From IMG/VR virus record IMGVR_UViG_3300042301_003793: a DNA stretch of 64,000 nt; one strand, 5' to 3'. A model generated the notes under the pieces. The model was not told the DNA's origin. It ran no database searches and saw nothing but the letters and a program-made list of their open reading frames with translations. Of the stretch, positions 37,734-48,376 are shown in pieces. This DNA comes from a virus. Every line of letters starts with the position of its first letter. Positions within the stretch are counted from its first letter, which is position 1. The translations under genes and the position numbers were made by a program.

Positions 37734-38293
37734 GTGATAATATAGAAAATTTGTTTGACGATTCAATCGCAGATATTGATTACAATAAAATATTAAATGA
37801 ATTTGGAATAGACGTTGAAACCCTTGAAAAAGAACTTGGTGTTTATCAACCGACAATAGATTTAAAATTTTCAAAAGAAAACAATGGAGTATTAACGCCA
37901 GAATACGCATATCCATCAGATTCTGGATTTGATTTATATTCAACAGAAGAATTAACAATTGAACCATTTGGAAGAGTATTAGTACCGACCGGATTACGAG
38001 TTGATATACCAGAAAATTATGAAATCCAAGTTAGATCAAAAAGTGGTTTGGCACTTAAACAAGGATTGATGGTTTTAAATTCACCAGGTACTGTTGACCA
38101 GGGATATACAGGTGAAATTAAAGTTATACTTTTTAACACAACAAATAGTAATGTAAAAATATTAAAAGGACAAAAGGTCGCACAAGCTGTTTTATGTCCT
38201 GTTGTTAGCGGAAGGTGGGTTAGATTAAAAGAAATTAAAAACGTAGAAGACAAAGATAGGTCTGATAAAGGATTTGGAAGTACAGGAATATGA
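37730..38293 (+). CDS. dut: Trimeric dUTPase
   Basis: SGFDL, RSKSGLA, GTVDQGY, AQAV, RSDKGFGSTG. Confidence 0.92.
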   Translation: MSDNIENLFDDSIADIDYNKILNEFGIDVETLEKELGVYQPTIDLKFSKENNGVLTPEYAYPSDSGFDLYSTEELTIEPFGRVLVPTGLRVDIPENYEIQVRSKSGLALKQGLMVLNSPGTVDQGYTGEIKVILFNTTNSNVKILKGQKVAQAVLCPVVSGRWVRLKEIKNVEDKDRSDKGFGSTGI

Positions 38294-39813
38294 TTACAAT
38301 AGGATATTCAACAAGACAACATAACCCAACTTTAATAGAATATTATAAAAAAGCTTGTGGTGGTGGAAAGAAAATTGAGGTTATTGAAAAAGTTAATAAC
38401 GGTGAAAAAGGACTTGCTCAAGTTTACAACGAAATATTAAATGAAGCTCAAAATAATATTGTGGTTTTTTGTCACGATGATATTGAGTTTGATACAAATA
38501 ATTGGGGTGAAAAATTATTAAAGCTTTTTAATAAAAATCCAGAGTTTGGTATAATTGGAATTGCTGGGACAACAGATTTAATTGATGGTCGTTGGTGGAC
38601 ACTAAAAGAATCAATGACTGGTATTGTTTCACACAAACACGAAGGTAAAAAATGGACAAATACTTATTCACAAGACCAGGGAAACAAACTAAAAGAAGTT
38701 GTTGTTCTTGATGGATTATTTTTTGCTGTTGATAAGACAAGAATCCAAAGGGGATTTGATGACTCATTTGAAGGTTTCCATTTTTATGAAATTCCTTTTT
38801 GTCTTGAAAACTATTTGAATGGTGTTAAACTTGCTGTTACAACACAAATTCGTGTGACGCATATGTCTATTGGTCAAACAAATGAACAATGGGAAAAAAA
38901 TAAAATTAAGTTCGAAGAAAAGTATAAAGAAGCTATACCAATTAGATTAACAAATAATAAAACTTTGGAAGAAAAGATGGTCCTTGATATATCTAAAGTT
39001 GGTATTGGTATGACCACATATAAAGCCGAACATAGAATAAAACAATCGGCATTTACGGTACCAAAATGGATGAAGAATTTTGTAATTGTAAACGATGGTA
39101 CACCATACGATAGCTCTTCATATCCAGAACAAGCACACATCATACAACACGAAAAAAACCAGTGTGTTGGTGCGGCAAAAAATACCGCAATGAAATATCT
39201 TTTAGAACAAGGATGTGAACACATATTTTTAATGGAAGATGATATTTTAATTAAAGATGAAAAAGTTTTTGAAGAATATATTAGACATTCAGTTTTATCT
39301 GGTATAAAACATTTAAATTTTGCATTACACGGACCAGCAAATAAAAAAGGATCAACTGGTTTTACAACACTTGAAGATAGACAAGATGTTGATGGTGAAC
39401 CAAACCCAAGAATGATTATGCCTTATCCAGAAGGAATTAAAATTGTTCTTTATCCAAACTGTGTTGGTGCTTTTTCATATTACCACAAATCGGTTTTAGA
39501 CAAGATTGGTTTATTTGATCCAGTATTTAAAAATGCTTGGGAACACGTAGAACACACTTACCAAGCAATTAAAAATAAATTCCATCCTCCTTTCTGGTAT
39601 TTTGCCGACATTGAAAATAGTTGGAAGTTTTTAACCGACATTCCAAATTCAATACAGGAAAGTACAATTGCCAGAACACCAGAATGGAATGAAAATTTTA
39701 GAGTTGGTACAGAACACTATAAGAAAAAACACGGTATGGCACCAACAGAAACACCAGTTGTTCATCCACAAGTTGTTTACAACACAATAAATTATTTATA
39801 CTCAACAAGATAA
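38290..39813 (+). CDS. Two-domain GT-A glycosyltransferase
   Basis: VFCHDDI / GIIGIAG / LDGLFFA domain, then IVNDGT..GAAKN..FLMEDD domain. Confidence 0.75.
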   Translation: MITIGYSTRQHNPTLIEYYKKACGGGKKIEVIEKVNNGEKGLAQVYNEILNEAQNNIVVFCHDDIEFDTNNWGEKLLKLFNKNPEFGIIGIAGTTDLIDGRWWTLKESMTGIVSHKHEGKKWTNTYSQDQGNKLKEVVVLDGLFFAVDKTRIQRGFDDSFEGFHFYEIPFCLENYLNGVKLAVTTQIRVTHMSIGQTNEQWEKNKIKFEEKYKEAIPIRLTNNKTLEEKMVLDISKVGIGMTTYKAEHRIKQSAFTVPKWMKNFVIVNDGTPYDSSSYPEQAHIIQHEKNQCVGAAKNTAMKYLLEQGCEHIFLMEDDILIKDEKVFEEYIRHSVLSGIKHLNFALHGPANKKGSTGFTTLEDRQDVDGEPNPRMIMPYPEGIKIVLYPNCVGAFSYYHKSVLDKIGLFDPVFKNAWEHVEHTYQAIKNKFHPPFWYFADIENSWKFLTDIPNSIQESTIARTPEWNENFRVGTEHYKKKHGMAPTETPVVHPQVVYNTINYLYSTR

Positions 39814-39814
39814 T

Positions 39815-40576
39815 ATGATAGATTTTAAAGACGTAACTTTCATTATCCCAGTAAGGTTTGATAGTGAAGATAGAAAAAGAAATTTTAGAATTACAATTGC
39901 ATTTCTAGAAAAACATTTTGATACCAACATAATTGTTATGGAGTCAGACAAGACTTCAAATGAAGAATTTGTTAAATCAATATCAGAAAAATTAACTTAT
40001 GTTTTTGAAAAAAATGATAGTCATTTATTTCATAGAACAAAAATGTTAAATGATATGACCAAGATGTCTAAAACAAATTTTGTTGTAAACTACGATATTG
40101 ATGTTTTATTTAAACCAGAACAGTACGTTGCATCTAGATTTGCCTTGGGTACTGGTGCTGATTTTGTTTTTCCGTATGCTGGTAAATTCTATGATATACC
40201 ACCAACATATTTTGATAATATATCAAATAACGAATTTGATAAGATTAGTTTAGACTCTTGTACATTATTTAATCCAAATTCATTGGGTGGTGCAATATTC
40301 TTTAAAAAAGACTCTTACACTAAAATTGGTTTGGAAAATGAAAACTTTGTTTCCTGGGGTCACGAAGACTGGGAAAGAATTGGAAGAATAGAAAAAATGG
40401 GTCATAAAATTTATCGAATAGATGGTGTATTATATCATTTAACACACCAAAGAACACATAACAGTTCTGATGCAAACCCTATGTATAACCATAATGGAAA
40501 TGAATATAGAAAAGTTATGTCGATGAATAGAGAACAATTAGTGGAACACATAAAAACTTGGGATTGGATTAAATGA
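39815..40576 (+). CDS. GT2/GT7-like glycosyltransferase
   Basis: FIIPVR, NYDID, GGAIF, WGHED. Confidence 0.75.
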   Translation: MIDFKDVTFIIPVRFDSEDRKRNFRITIAFLEKHFDTNIIVMESDKTSNEEFVKSISEKLTYVFEKNDSHLFHRTKMLNDMTKMSKTNFVVNYDIDVLFKPEQYVASRFALGTGADFVFPYAGKFYDIPPTYFDNISNNEFDKISLDSCTLFNPNSLGGAIFFKKDSYTKIGLENENFVSWGHEDWERIGRIEKMGHKIYRIDGVLYHLTHQRTHNSSDANPMYNHNGNEYRKVMSMNREQLVEHIKTWDWIK

Positions 40577-41340
40577 TTGGCGTTAATTTAGCTGGAGGTT
40601 TAGGGAACTACTTGTTTCAAATATCAGCGGCATACAGTTTTGCTCTTGATAACAATGACAGTTTAGTGGTTGATGAAAGTAAAATTGTAACAGTTCATAA
40701 ACACATGTCAACCTACAAAACTAATATTTTTAGAAATTTAAACTATGGTTTAGTTTTTTATGAAAACCAATATCAAGAACCATTTTTTCATTATAAAAAA
40801 ATTCCGAACTTAAAAAATTTATTTATAAATGGGTATTTTCAGAGTGAAAAATATTTTTTAAAATACCGTGAAGAATTATTAAAATTATTTTCAATTGATG
40901 ATTTTAATAAAAGTTTACTTGAAAAAAAATATGGTCATATTGATTTTGAGGATTCCTGTTCTATTCACGTTCGTCGAGGTGATTATTTAAAATATGCAAA
41001 TATACACCCAACTTTAACACCAGAGTACTACCAAAAATGTATTAGTGAAACTACATCTAAAAACATATTAATTTTTTCTGATGATATTTTGTGGTGTAAA
41101 GAAAATTTAATTTTCCAGGATAAAAATGTAATTTTTATTGAGGGGAATACAGACTATAATGATTTATGGTTAATGTCTATGTGTCGTGAAAATGTTATTG
41201 CAAATTCTACATTTTCTTGGTGGGGCGCTTGGTTAAATAATAACAAAAACAAAAAAGTGTTTGCACCAAAAATTTGGTTTGGTGCGCATTCAAAACACAT
41301 TACAGATGATTTAATACCAAAAGAATGGAAAAAAATATAA
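40573..41340 (+). CDS. GT11 alpha-1,2-fucosyl/colitosyltransferase-like
   Basis: GGLGNYLFQ, GYFQSEKYF, HVRRGDY, NSTFSWWGAWL. Confidence 0.88.
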   Translation: MIGVNLAGGLGNYLFQISAAYSFALDNNDSLVVDESKIVTVHKHMSTYKTNIFRNLNYGLVFYENQYQEPFFHYKKIPNLKNLFINGYFQSEKYFLKYREELLKLFSIDDFNKSLLEKKYGHIDFEDSCSIHVRRGDYLKYANIHPTLTPEYYQKCISETTSKNILIFSDDILWCKENLIFQDKNVIFIEGNTDYNDLWLMSMCRENVIANSTFSWWGAWLNNNKNKKVFAPKIWFGAHSKHITDDLIPKEWKKI

Positions 41341-42083
41341 AAGCGACAACGTTGGGTACTTTACACAAAGAACTTTTTTTTAATAAAAAAGTTTCAATAG
41401 CTTTTGATTTACCAACAACTATAGTCGATGCCGACTTTAAGGTTCTGGTACAGATAGAACCACCATCAATTAAAGACATAGTACAAATGATTATATATAG
41501 TCAAAATAAATTTGATATAATTTTTGCTTGGAATAATGACATACTTAATAAATGTCCGAATAGTGTTTTATTCCCTTTTGGGTCTTGTTGGATTAATGAA
41601 GAAGACCAAAAAATAAATGAAAAGACAAAAGAAATTTCAATTATAGCCTCACCCGCAAGCAGAACAGTTGGTCATAAATTAAGACACGACATTATACAAA
41701 GTAATATTATGGAATTGGATTTATTTGGTGGTGGTTATAATCCGATTGAAAATAAAATTACTGCACTTAAAGATTACAGGTTCTCAATCATTATTGAAAA
41801 TGAAAAAATAGACAACTGGTTTACAGAAAAAATTATAGATTGTCTTATGACCGGAACAATTCCTATTTATTGGGGATGTCCAAATATTGGTAATTATTTT
41901 GATACTAGGGGTTTTATAATTGTAGATTCCATTGAGGAGTTAATATCTAAAAAAAATATGTTAAACGAAACTACATATTCTGAAATGTTACCCTATATTA
42001 AAATTAACTTTGAATTGGCAAAAAAATATACGGATTTTTGGTCAAGAATAGAAGAAGAAATAAATAAAAAATTAAACGCATGA
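41325..42083 (+). CDS. GT10 fucosyltransferase-like
   Basis: YRFSIIIENEKIDNWFTEKIIDCLMTGTIPIYWG. Confidence 0.8.
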   Translation: MEKNIKATTLGTLHKELFFNKKVSIAFDLPTTIVDADFKVLVQIEPPSIKDIVQMIIYSQNKFDIIFAWNNDILNKCPNSVLFPFGSCWINEEDQKINEKTKEISIIASPASRTVGHKLRHDIIQSNIMELDLFGGGYNPIENKITALKDYRFSIIIENEKIDNWFTEKIIDCLMTGTIPIYWGCPNIGNYFDTRGFIIVDSIEELISKKNMLNETTYSEMLPYIKINFELAKKYTDFWSRIEEEINKKLNA

Positions 42084-42769
42084 AATTTTCAATTGTAATA
42101 CCAACATACGAATATAATGGGTTAGCAACTAAATTGTTAGATAAATTACTAGAAAGTATTAATCAACAAACTTTTAATGATTTTGAAATTATTGTCGTGG
42201 ATCATAGTTTAGATGATGTTATAGAAAAGTATTTAGAGAGTTACCCAAACTTAAAAATAAAGTACATAAAAAACAACATTGGTAGAGGTAACTCATCTAT
42301 TAATATGAACGTTGGAATTAAAAATTCTCTTGGTGAGTTTATCAAAGTAATGCATATGGATGATTGGTTTTGTAATCCTAAAACTTTAGAGTTAATAAAT
42401 AATGCAATTAATGAAAACACATTAAAAAAATGGGGTGGTGTTGGTTTTAATCATTTTTACGAAAACTTACAGACAACTGATAGACCAATTTTACCATATA
42501 TTGATTCAAATATTAGAACATTAATTGGCTGTCCAAGCGTTTCTTTTTTTATTAACGATAAAGAATCTTTAAATCTTTTTGACGAAAACTTAATCATAAT
42601 TAATGATTCAGATATGCACATAAGATTAGGTAAAAAATATGGTGAACCAATTTTTATTAACGAATATTGTGTGACGGTAAGAATGTCAGATAATCAAGTT
42701 TCTAATTTAGTTTCACACGAAAAACACACAAATGAAATAAACTATTATAAAACAAAAAACTTCTTATGA
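42080..42769 (+). CDS. GT2 glycosyltransferase
   Basis: FSIVIPTY, IIVVDHS, MHMDD. Confidence 0.8.
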   Translation: MKFSIVIPTYEYNGLATKLLDKLLESINQQTFNDFEIIVVDHSLDDVIEKYLESYPNLKIKYIKNNIGRGNSSINMNVGIKNSLGEFIKVMHMDDWFCNPKTLELINNAINENTLKKWGGVGFNHFYENLQTTDRPILPYIDSNIRTLIGCPSVSFFINDKESLNLFDENLIIINDSDMHIRLGKKYGEPIFINEYCVTVRMSDNQVSNLVSHEKHTNEINYYKTKNFL

Positions 42770-43446
42770 ATTTACTATCAGAAATCGCAAATAAATATGC
42801 GTCAGATAAAGGTACTATTGCACCATCGGTTGGGCATCACGGACCAAGACTCCATTTTACCTCCGTTTACGGTGAATATATGGAAAAAATTAGATTTGAA
42901 AAACTTAACATTTTAGAAATCGGTGTTGGTTCAGGACCATCACTAAGAATGTGGTATGATTATTTCCCAAATTCAACTATCCATGCAATTGATGTTGTAA
43001 ACCAAAATGATAAAAATAATGAAAGAGTAACAACTTATGTTTGTGATCAATCAAGTAGAGCTGAATTAGATGAATTAGCATCAAGAATTGGCGGGTTTGA
43101 TATTATCATAGATGATGGTTCACACGTTATTTCACACCAACAAATTTCACTTGGTACTTTATTTAAATATCTTAAAGAAGGTGGACAGTATTGGGTTGAG
43201 GATTTACATACTTCTGACTCTGAAGTATGGCAAGGAAAAAATCTATATGGTTACGATATGTCTTTTAAAGAAGGTGAAGATAGTGTTTCTGTTTTAGAAT
43301 CTTTTATTGGGACAAAAAAATTTAATAGTCCATTTTTAAATGAAAACGAAAATCAATACTTAACAGATAACGTAAAAGAATGTAAAATGTTTGAATTACC
43401 GAAAACAATGTGGGGTATAAATAAATTATGTTTATTGACAAAATGA
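42766..43446 (+). CDS. SAM-dependent (sugar O-)methyltransferase
   Basis: ILEIGVGSG, FDIIIDDGSH, GGQYWVEDL. Confidence 0.8.
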   Translation: MNLLSEIANKYASDKGTIAPSVGHHGPRLHFTSVYGEYMEKIRFEKLNILEIGVGSGPSLRMWYDYFPNSTIHAIDVVNQNDKNNERVTTYVCDQSSRAELDELASRIGGFDIIIDDGSHVISHQQISLGTLFKYLKEGGQYWVEDLHTSDSEVWQGKNLYGYDMSFKEGEDSVSVLESFIGTKKFNSPFLNENENQYLTDNVKECKMFELPKTMWGINKLCLLTK

Positions 43447-44105
43447 AAAAATATTGTGGTGATTTGATTTGCACTGACGCAAACACTGATTTTATGATCA
43501 AGGATGATTTTATGGTTTCATACAATGAAGTTGTAAACACAGATACTAAAGGTTATTTGGGTAATTACGATATTAGATGGAGAATACACACAATTCTCTG
43601 GGCTGCTCACACCGTTAAAGATTTAGAAGGTGATTTTGTTGATTGTGGTGGTGGATTTGGATTTTTTATGTCGTCAATATATAAGTACTTGGATTTTGAG
43701 AATATAAGTAAACAGTATTTTATGTTTGATAGTTTTAAAGGAACAAGTCCTGAATACGATAACACTAATCATTTTTCTAAATATGGAAGTTGGTATGATG
43801 ATGTTGTTAGAAATCATAGTAATAAAAAAAATCTATCAATTATTGAGGGGTATTTACCAAGCACACTTAAAACGGTAGACATTAAAAAGATTTGTTTTTT
43901 GAGTGTTGATTTAAATTCGTATAAACCGGAGATTGAGTGTATGGAAGTACTTTGGGATAAAATAGTGCCCGGTGGTATTATTGTTTTGGATGACTATGGG
44001 TTTCCAGGTTGTGAATCACAACTTTATCACCATAATGAATTTATAGAGAAAAAAAATAAAAAAATATTAACATTACCTACGGGCCAAGGTTTAATTATTA
44101 AATAA
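43428..44105 (+). CDS. TylF/MycF-family O-methyltransferase
   Basis: EGDFVDCG, FDSFKG, VDLNSY, PGGIIVLDDYG. Confidence 0.8.
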   Translation: MFIDKMKKYCGDLICTDANTDFMIKDDFMVSYNEVVNTDTKGYLGNYDIRWRIHTILWAAHTVKDLEGDFVDCGGGFGFFMSSIYKYLDFENISKQYFMFDSFKGTSPEYDNTNHFSKYGSWYDDVVRNHSNKKNLSIIEGYLPSTLKTVDIKKICFLSVDLNSYKPEIECMEVLWDKIVPGGIIVLDDYGFPGCESQLYHHNEFIEKKNKKILTLPTGQGLIIK

Positions 44106-44107
44106 AA

Positions 44108-44632
44108 ATGATAGTAGGAGAATACACATACGGACAACAAAATATTAAAAAAATTTTTGTAAATGAGTTTCCTAACGTAAATTTAATAATTGGTAAATTT
44201 TGTAGTATTGCTTCAAATGTTAGTGTATATTACGGACATGGTTACCACGATTCAAATAATGTATCAACCTACCCTTTTGGGTATGTTCATAATAATATTT
44301 TTTTATCTAACAAATTAAACAACGGTAAAACAAATGGTGATATAATTATCGGCAATGATGTGTGGATAGGAGATAACGTTACCATAATGAGTGGTTGTAA
44401 GATTGGGGATGGTTCAGTTTTAGCAACTAATTCTCATGTTGTTAATAATGTTCCGCCTTATTCTATATATGGTGGTAATCCCGCTAAATTAATTAAGTAT
44501 CGTTTTGATGAGGATACTATTGAAAAACTGATGTTAATAAAATGGTGGAATTGGGATTTGGAAAAAATTAAACAAAATCTTCATTTATTAAATAATAATA
44601 ATATAAATAAATTTATTGAGTCACATTTATGA
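44108..44632 (+). CDS. Hexapeptide-repeat O-acetyltransferase (CatB/Vat-like)
   Basis: IGKFCSIA, IGNDVWIG, GGNPAKLIKYRF. Confidence 0.85.
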   Translation: MIVGEYTYGQQNIKKIFVNEFPNVNLIIGKFCSIASNVSVYYGHGYHDSNNVSTYPFGYVHNNIFLSNKLNNGKTNGDIIIGNDVWIGDNVTIMSGCKIGDGSVLATNSHVVNNVPPYSIYGGNPAKLIKYRFDEDTIEKLMLIKWWNWDLEKIKQNLHLLNNNNINKFIESHL

Positions 44633-45564
44633 AAATATTAATAACTGGTGGTGCTGGTTTTATTGGTACCAAAATTTGTAATAAATTAAAAGAAAGTTTT
44701 GAAATAATTGTTTTAGATAATTTTTCAGAACAGGTACACGGTAATGAAAAACCAAAGTTACTTGAAGGTGTTGAATACGTTTTTGGCGATGTTACAAATA
44801 TTGATGACTGGAAAAAGGTTATATCAAAAAACCCAGACTATATTATTCATCTGGCGGCAGAAACTGGTACTGGACAATCTATGGATGAAATCACTAGATA
44901 TGTTAATACCAATGTTGTAGGAACTTCAGTTATGTTAGAATTTTTAAACAAAAATGAAAATAATGTAAAAAAAATAATTCTATCATCAACAAGGGCAGTT
45001 TATGGTGATTTGGAAAATAACTCTGAAACATCAATAGTCGACCCAAAATCTGTTTATGCTGTAACAAAACTTGCTCAAGAAAACTTAATAAAAACATCAA
45101 GTAAAGTTCCTTATACAATTTTAAGATATCAAAATGTTTTTGGTGATGGGCAAAGTTTAAATAACCCGTACACTGGTATCATAAGTATTTTTAGTAATTT
45201 ATTTTTAGAGAATAAATCGGTTACGATATTTGATAATGGAATACCGACAAGAGATTTTATTTATGTTGAGGATGTTGTAGATGTAACAATAAAATGTTTA
45301 GAAAACACCTCAACTAATTATAAAACATATGACGTTGGTACTGGGACTGAAATAAAAATTTTAGATGTTACACATAAACTAAAAAAATTGTCTAATAGTA
45401 CATCTGAAATTATAATAACTGATTACCATAGAGATGGTGATATAATGTTTGCTAAAGCTAACACAACAAAAATAAAAACTGATTTAAATTGGGAACCAAA
45501 ATTTACAATTGAAGATGGGTTAAAATTTTTTTATAATTGGTTTAAAGCGGAAAAAAATTTATGA
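44629..45564 (+). CDS. NAD-dependent epimerase/dehydratase (extended SDR)
   Basis: ITGGAGFIG, HLAAETGTGQSM, YAVTK, RDFIYVEDV. Confidence 0.85.
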   Translation: MKILITGGAGFIGTKICNKLKESFEIIVLDNFSEQVHGNEKPKLLEGVEYVFGDVTNIDDWKKVISKNPDYIIHLAAETGTGQSMDEITRYVNTNVVGTSVMLEFLNKNENNVKKIILSSTRAVYGDLENNSETSIVDPKSVYAVTKLAQENLIKTSSKVPYTILRYQNVFGDGQSLNNPYTGIISIFSNLFLENKSVTIFDNGIPTRDFIYVEDVVDVTIKCLENTSTNYKTYDVGTGTEIKILDVTHKLKKLSNSTSEIIITDYHRDGDIMFAKANTTKIKTDLNWEPKFTIEDGLKFFYNWFKAEKNL

Positions 45565-46469
45565 AAATATTAATAACTGGTGGTAGTGGTTTAGTTGGTA
45601 ACAACTTAAAAAAATATCTCCCAGATGGTATTTATCTTTCCTCAAAAGATTATGATTTAACAAAAGAATCGGATGTAATTAGTATGTTTGAAAATCATAA
45701 ACCAAATGTTGTAATTCATTTAGCGGCAAAGGTTGGTGGTATTTTAGACAACATAAATAAACCAGCAGAATATTTTACAGAAAATGTTTTAATGAATACT
45801 TTATTAATTGAGTATGCAAGAAAATATAATGTAGACAGATTTATTGGGATTTTGAGTACTTGTATCTTTCCAGATATTATGGAATCCTACCCGATGAAAG
45901 AAACAGATTTACACTTTGGCCCACCAACAAGTACTAATTTTTCATATGGGTATGCAAAAAGAAGTATGGCAGTACAAATAGATGCGTACAACAAACAATA
46001 TGGTACAAAATATCAATACTTAATTCCTTGTAATTTATATGGGTTAGGTGATAAAGACCACGAATCTAATAGTCATTTTATTACAGCATTGGTTAAAAAA
46101 ATTTTTATAGCAAAACAAAATAATGAAAAACATATAACCTTATTTGGTGATGGTACACCATTAAGACAGTTTATGTTTGCCGATGATTTTGCAAAAATAA
46201 TATATGAAGTAATTACCAAAAATATTTATGAAAATTTTAATATTGCCGGTAATGAAAATTTAACAATAAAAAAAATGGCTGAAATTGCTTTAGACTCTTG
46301 TGATGCCAAAGATTTGGAAATAAGGTGGGATTTAACAAAACCAAATGGTCAATATAGAAAGGATGTTTGTACAAATAAATTAAAATCTTTACTAGCAGAA
46401 TTTGAACCATTATCCTTATCTCAAGGAATAAAATTAGTTTATAAAAGTTATTATGATAAAGTTAGTTAA
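45561..46469 (+). CDS. fcl: GDP-L-fucose synthase / ColC-like epimerase-reductase
   Basis: ITGGSGLVG, HLAAKVGGI, LSTCIFP, YGYAKR, PCNLYG, GDGTPLRQF. Confidence 0.85.
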   Translation: MKILITGGSGLVGNNLKKYLPDGIYLSSKDYDLTKESDVISMFENHKPNVVIHLAAKVGGILDNINKPAEYFTENVLMNTLLIEYARKYNVDRFIGILSTCIFPDIMESYPMKETDLHFGPPTSTNFSYGYAKRSMAVQIDAYNKQYGTKYQYLIPCNLYGLGDKDHESNSHFITALVKKIFIAKQNNEKHITLFGDGTPLRQFMFADDFAKIIYEVITKNIYENFNIAGNENLTIKKMAEIALDSCDAKDLEIRWDLTKPNGQYRKDVCTNKLKSLLAEFEPLSLSQGIKLVYKSYYDKVS

Positions 46470-47604
46470 CGACACAATAAATAAAGAAGATATTAATGCT
46501 CTAGTTGAATGGTTATCTCAAGATGAAATACCTAGATTAACTAAGGGTGATTTAACATTAAAGTTGGAGGATTTATGGGCGAAAAAAATTGGAACAAAAT
46601 ATTCTGTATTTGTTAATTCTGGATCTTCCTCAATACTTCTTGCCCTTGCCGCACTTAAGTATTCAAATAAATTAAAGAATGAAAAAGTTGTTGTTCCAGG
46701 TTTGAGTTGGGCAACAGATGTTAGTTCACCAATGTTACTTGGTATGCAACCAATTATGTGTGATTGTAATTTAGATGATTTATCTTGTGATTTAGAAAAT
46801 CTAGAACAAATCTTTAAAACAGAATCACCATCGACACTAATATTAGTGTCGCCATTAGGGTTAGTACCAGATATGGAAAAAATAGTTTCAATGTGTGAAA
46901 AATATGATGTTATATTATTGGAAGATGTTTGTGAAAGCATGGGATCTAAACACAAAGAAAGATATTTAGGTTCTTTTGGTTTTGCATCATTTTTTTCAAT
47001 GTATTTTGGTCACCATTTAAGTACTATTGAAGGTGGGTTTATCAACACAAATGATGAAGATTTTTACCACACATTACTAATGATGAGAAGTCACGGTTGG
47101 GATAGAGATTTACCAAAAGAAAAACAAATCGAATTAAGACAAAAATATAATGTGGATGATTTTGATTCTTTGTATAATTTTTATTTACCAGGTTTTAATT
47201 TGAGGTCAACAGACTTACAAGCGTTTATTGGTTTAAGAGCTATTGAAAAATTGGATGGGTATTCAAAAAGAAGAAATCAAAACTTTTTTGAGTATAGAAA
47301 TAATATTAAAATAAACGAACTTACAATACCAATTAATGAAACTAATTTTATATCAAATTTTGCATATCCAATTGTATCATTAAATAAAAAAGAAATTGTT
47401 AGTAGGTTAATTGAAAATGGTGTTGAGGTACGTCCTTTGATTGCTGGTAATATGTCAAATAAACCTATGTGGTATGAAAACTATGGGCTTGTTAGTTTAC
47501 CAAATTGTGAAAAAGTAAATGAGTATGGTTTTTATATTCCAAACCACCAAAATCTTACATCAGAAGAAATAAACTTTATTTGTAAAATAATTAATAATGC
47601 ATAG
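46453..47604 (+). CDS. colD: ColD-like GDP-4-keto-6-deoxymannose 3-dehydratase (PLP enzyme, His at the Lys position)
   Basis: LLEDVCESMG, SMYFGHHLSTIEGG, MRSHGWDRDLP, LPGFNLR, EVRPLIAGN. Confidence 0.7.
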   Translation: MIKLVNDTINKEDINALVEWLSQDEIPRLTKGDLTLKLEDLWAKKIGTKYSVFVNSGSSSILLALAALKYSNKLKNEKVVVPGLSWATDVSSPMLLGMQPIMCDCNLDDLSCDLENLEQIFKTESPSTLILVSPLGLVPDMEKIVSMCEKYDVILLEDVCESMGSKHKERYLGSFGFASFFSMYFGHHLSTIEGGFINTNDEDFYHTLLMMRSHGWDRDLPKEKQIELRQKYNVDDFDSLYNFYLPGFNLRSTDLQAFIGLRAIEKLDGYSKRRNQNFFEYRNNIKINELTIPINETNFISNFAYPIVSLNKKEIVSRLIENGVEVRPLIAGNMSNKPMWYENYGLVSLPNCEKVNEYGFYIPNHQNLTSEEINFICKIINNA

Positions 47605-48376
47605 ATTATATAAACCCGCCAGGTCTAAAGAGGCAAACAGAGGTTTATTTTCATATCTAACAGAATCTGTGTTAAATATGGTAAACTTTATTAAGTTAAA
47701 TGGGGACGTTGATATAAAATATTATCACGATTTGTTTGATATACCGGGTTACGGAAATAAAAATATGTTTGACATCTCTTTATTTCAAGACGAAAATGAT
47801 TTTAAAGTAAATAATCATCTTTACACAAATATAGAATTGTTTCCAAACGATTTAAACCTTGATTGTTATAATGTAGAAAACCTTAATCAGGATATTAGAT
47901 TGATAAGTGAAAAAATAATCAAAGATTTTTTTATACCTAATGAAACTTTAAATGAATTATTTAATAAAAGACATAGTCAAATTAACTTTAATACAACCGT
48001 TGGGGTTCATAGGAGATCAACAGATATTTGGAGTCACTATAAAATTGTAAACATAGAAGATATTTTTAATGAGGTTGAGTCTAATGAATTTGATAATGTT
48101 TTTTTAATGTGTGATAACATTTATGACACCAATAAATTTAAACTAAGATATGGGAATAAGCTAATAACTTATGATATGTTTACTTCCAAAAATATGATTT
48201 TACCTTTTTTTAAAATAAATAACCCAATTGAAGATATCCATAATCATATTATGGAGTTACTATTCGGAGTTTTTACGTTATCTAAAACAAAAAATTTTAT
48301 ATGCACAAAATCTAACATTTCTTCTTTTTGTATTTTATCTAATTCTAAATTAAACTATAAATTACTTACTAAATGA
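47597..48376 (+). CDS. NodZ/O-fucosyltransferase-like GT-B protein
   Basis: VGVHRRSTD, FLMCDN, FICTKSNIS. Confidence 0.6.
   Translation: MHRLYKPARSKEANRGLFSYLTESVLNMVNFIKLNGDVDIKYYHDLFDIPGYGNKNMFDISLFQDENDFKVNNHLYTNIELFPNDLNLDCYNVENLNQDIRLISEKIIKDFFIPNETLNELFNKRHSQINFNTTVGVHRRSTDIWSHYKIVNIEDIFNEVESNEFDNVFLMCDNIYDTNKFKLRYGNKLITYDMFTSKNMILPFFKINNPIEDIHNHIMELLFGVFTLSKTKNFICTKSNISSFCILSNSKLNYKLLTK

Noticed and set aside
44108-44632. Antibiotic resistance gene (cat/vat)
   Set aside because: The hexapeptide fold is generic and the context is a glycan operon, so it is not called as resistance
46453-47604. Perosamine synthase or CDP-sugar E1 dehydrase
   Set aside because: It has His rather than Lys at the PLP position and lacks the E1 iron-sulfur Cys cluster, so it fits ColD better
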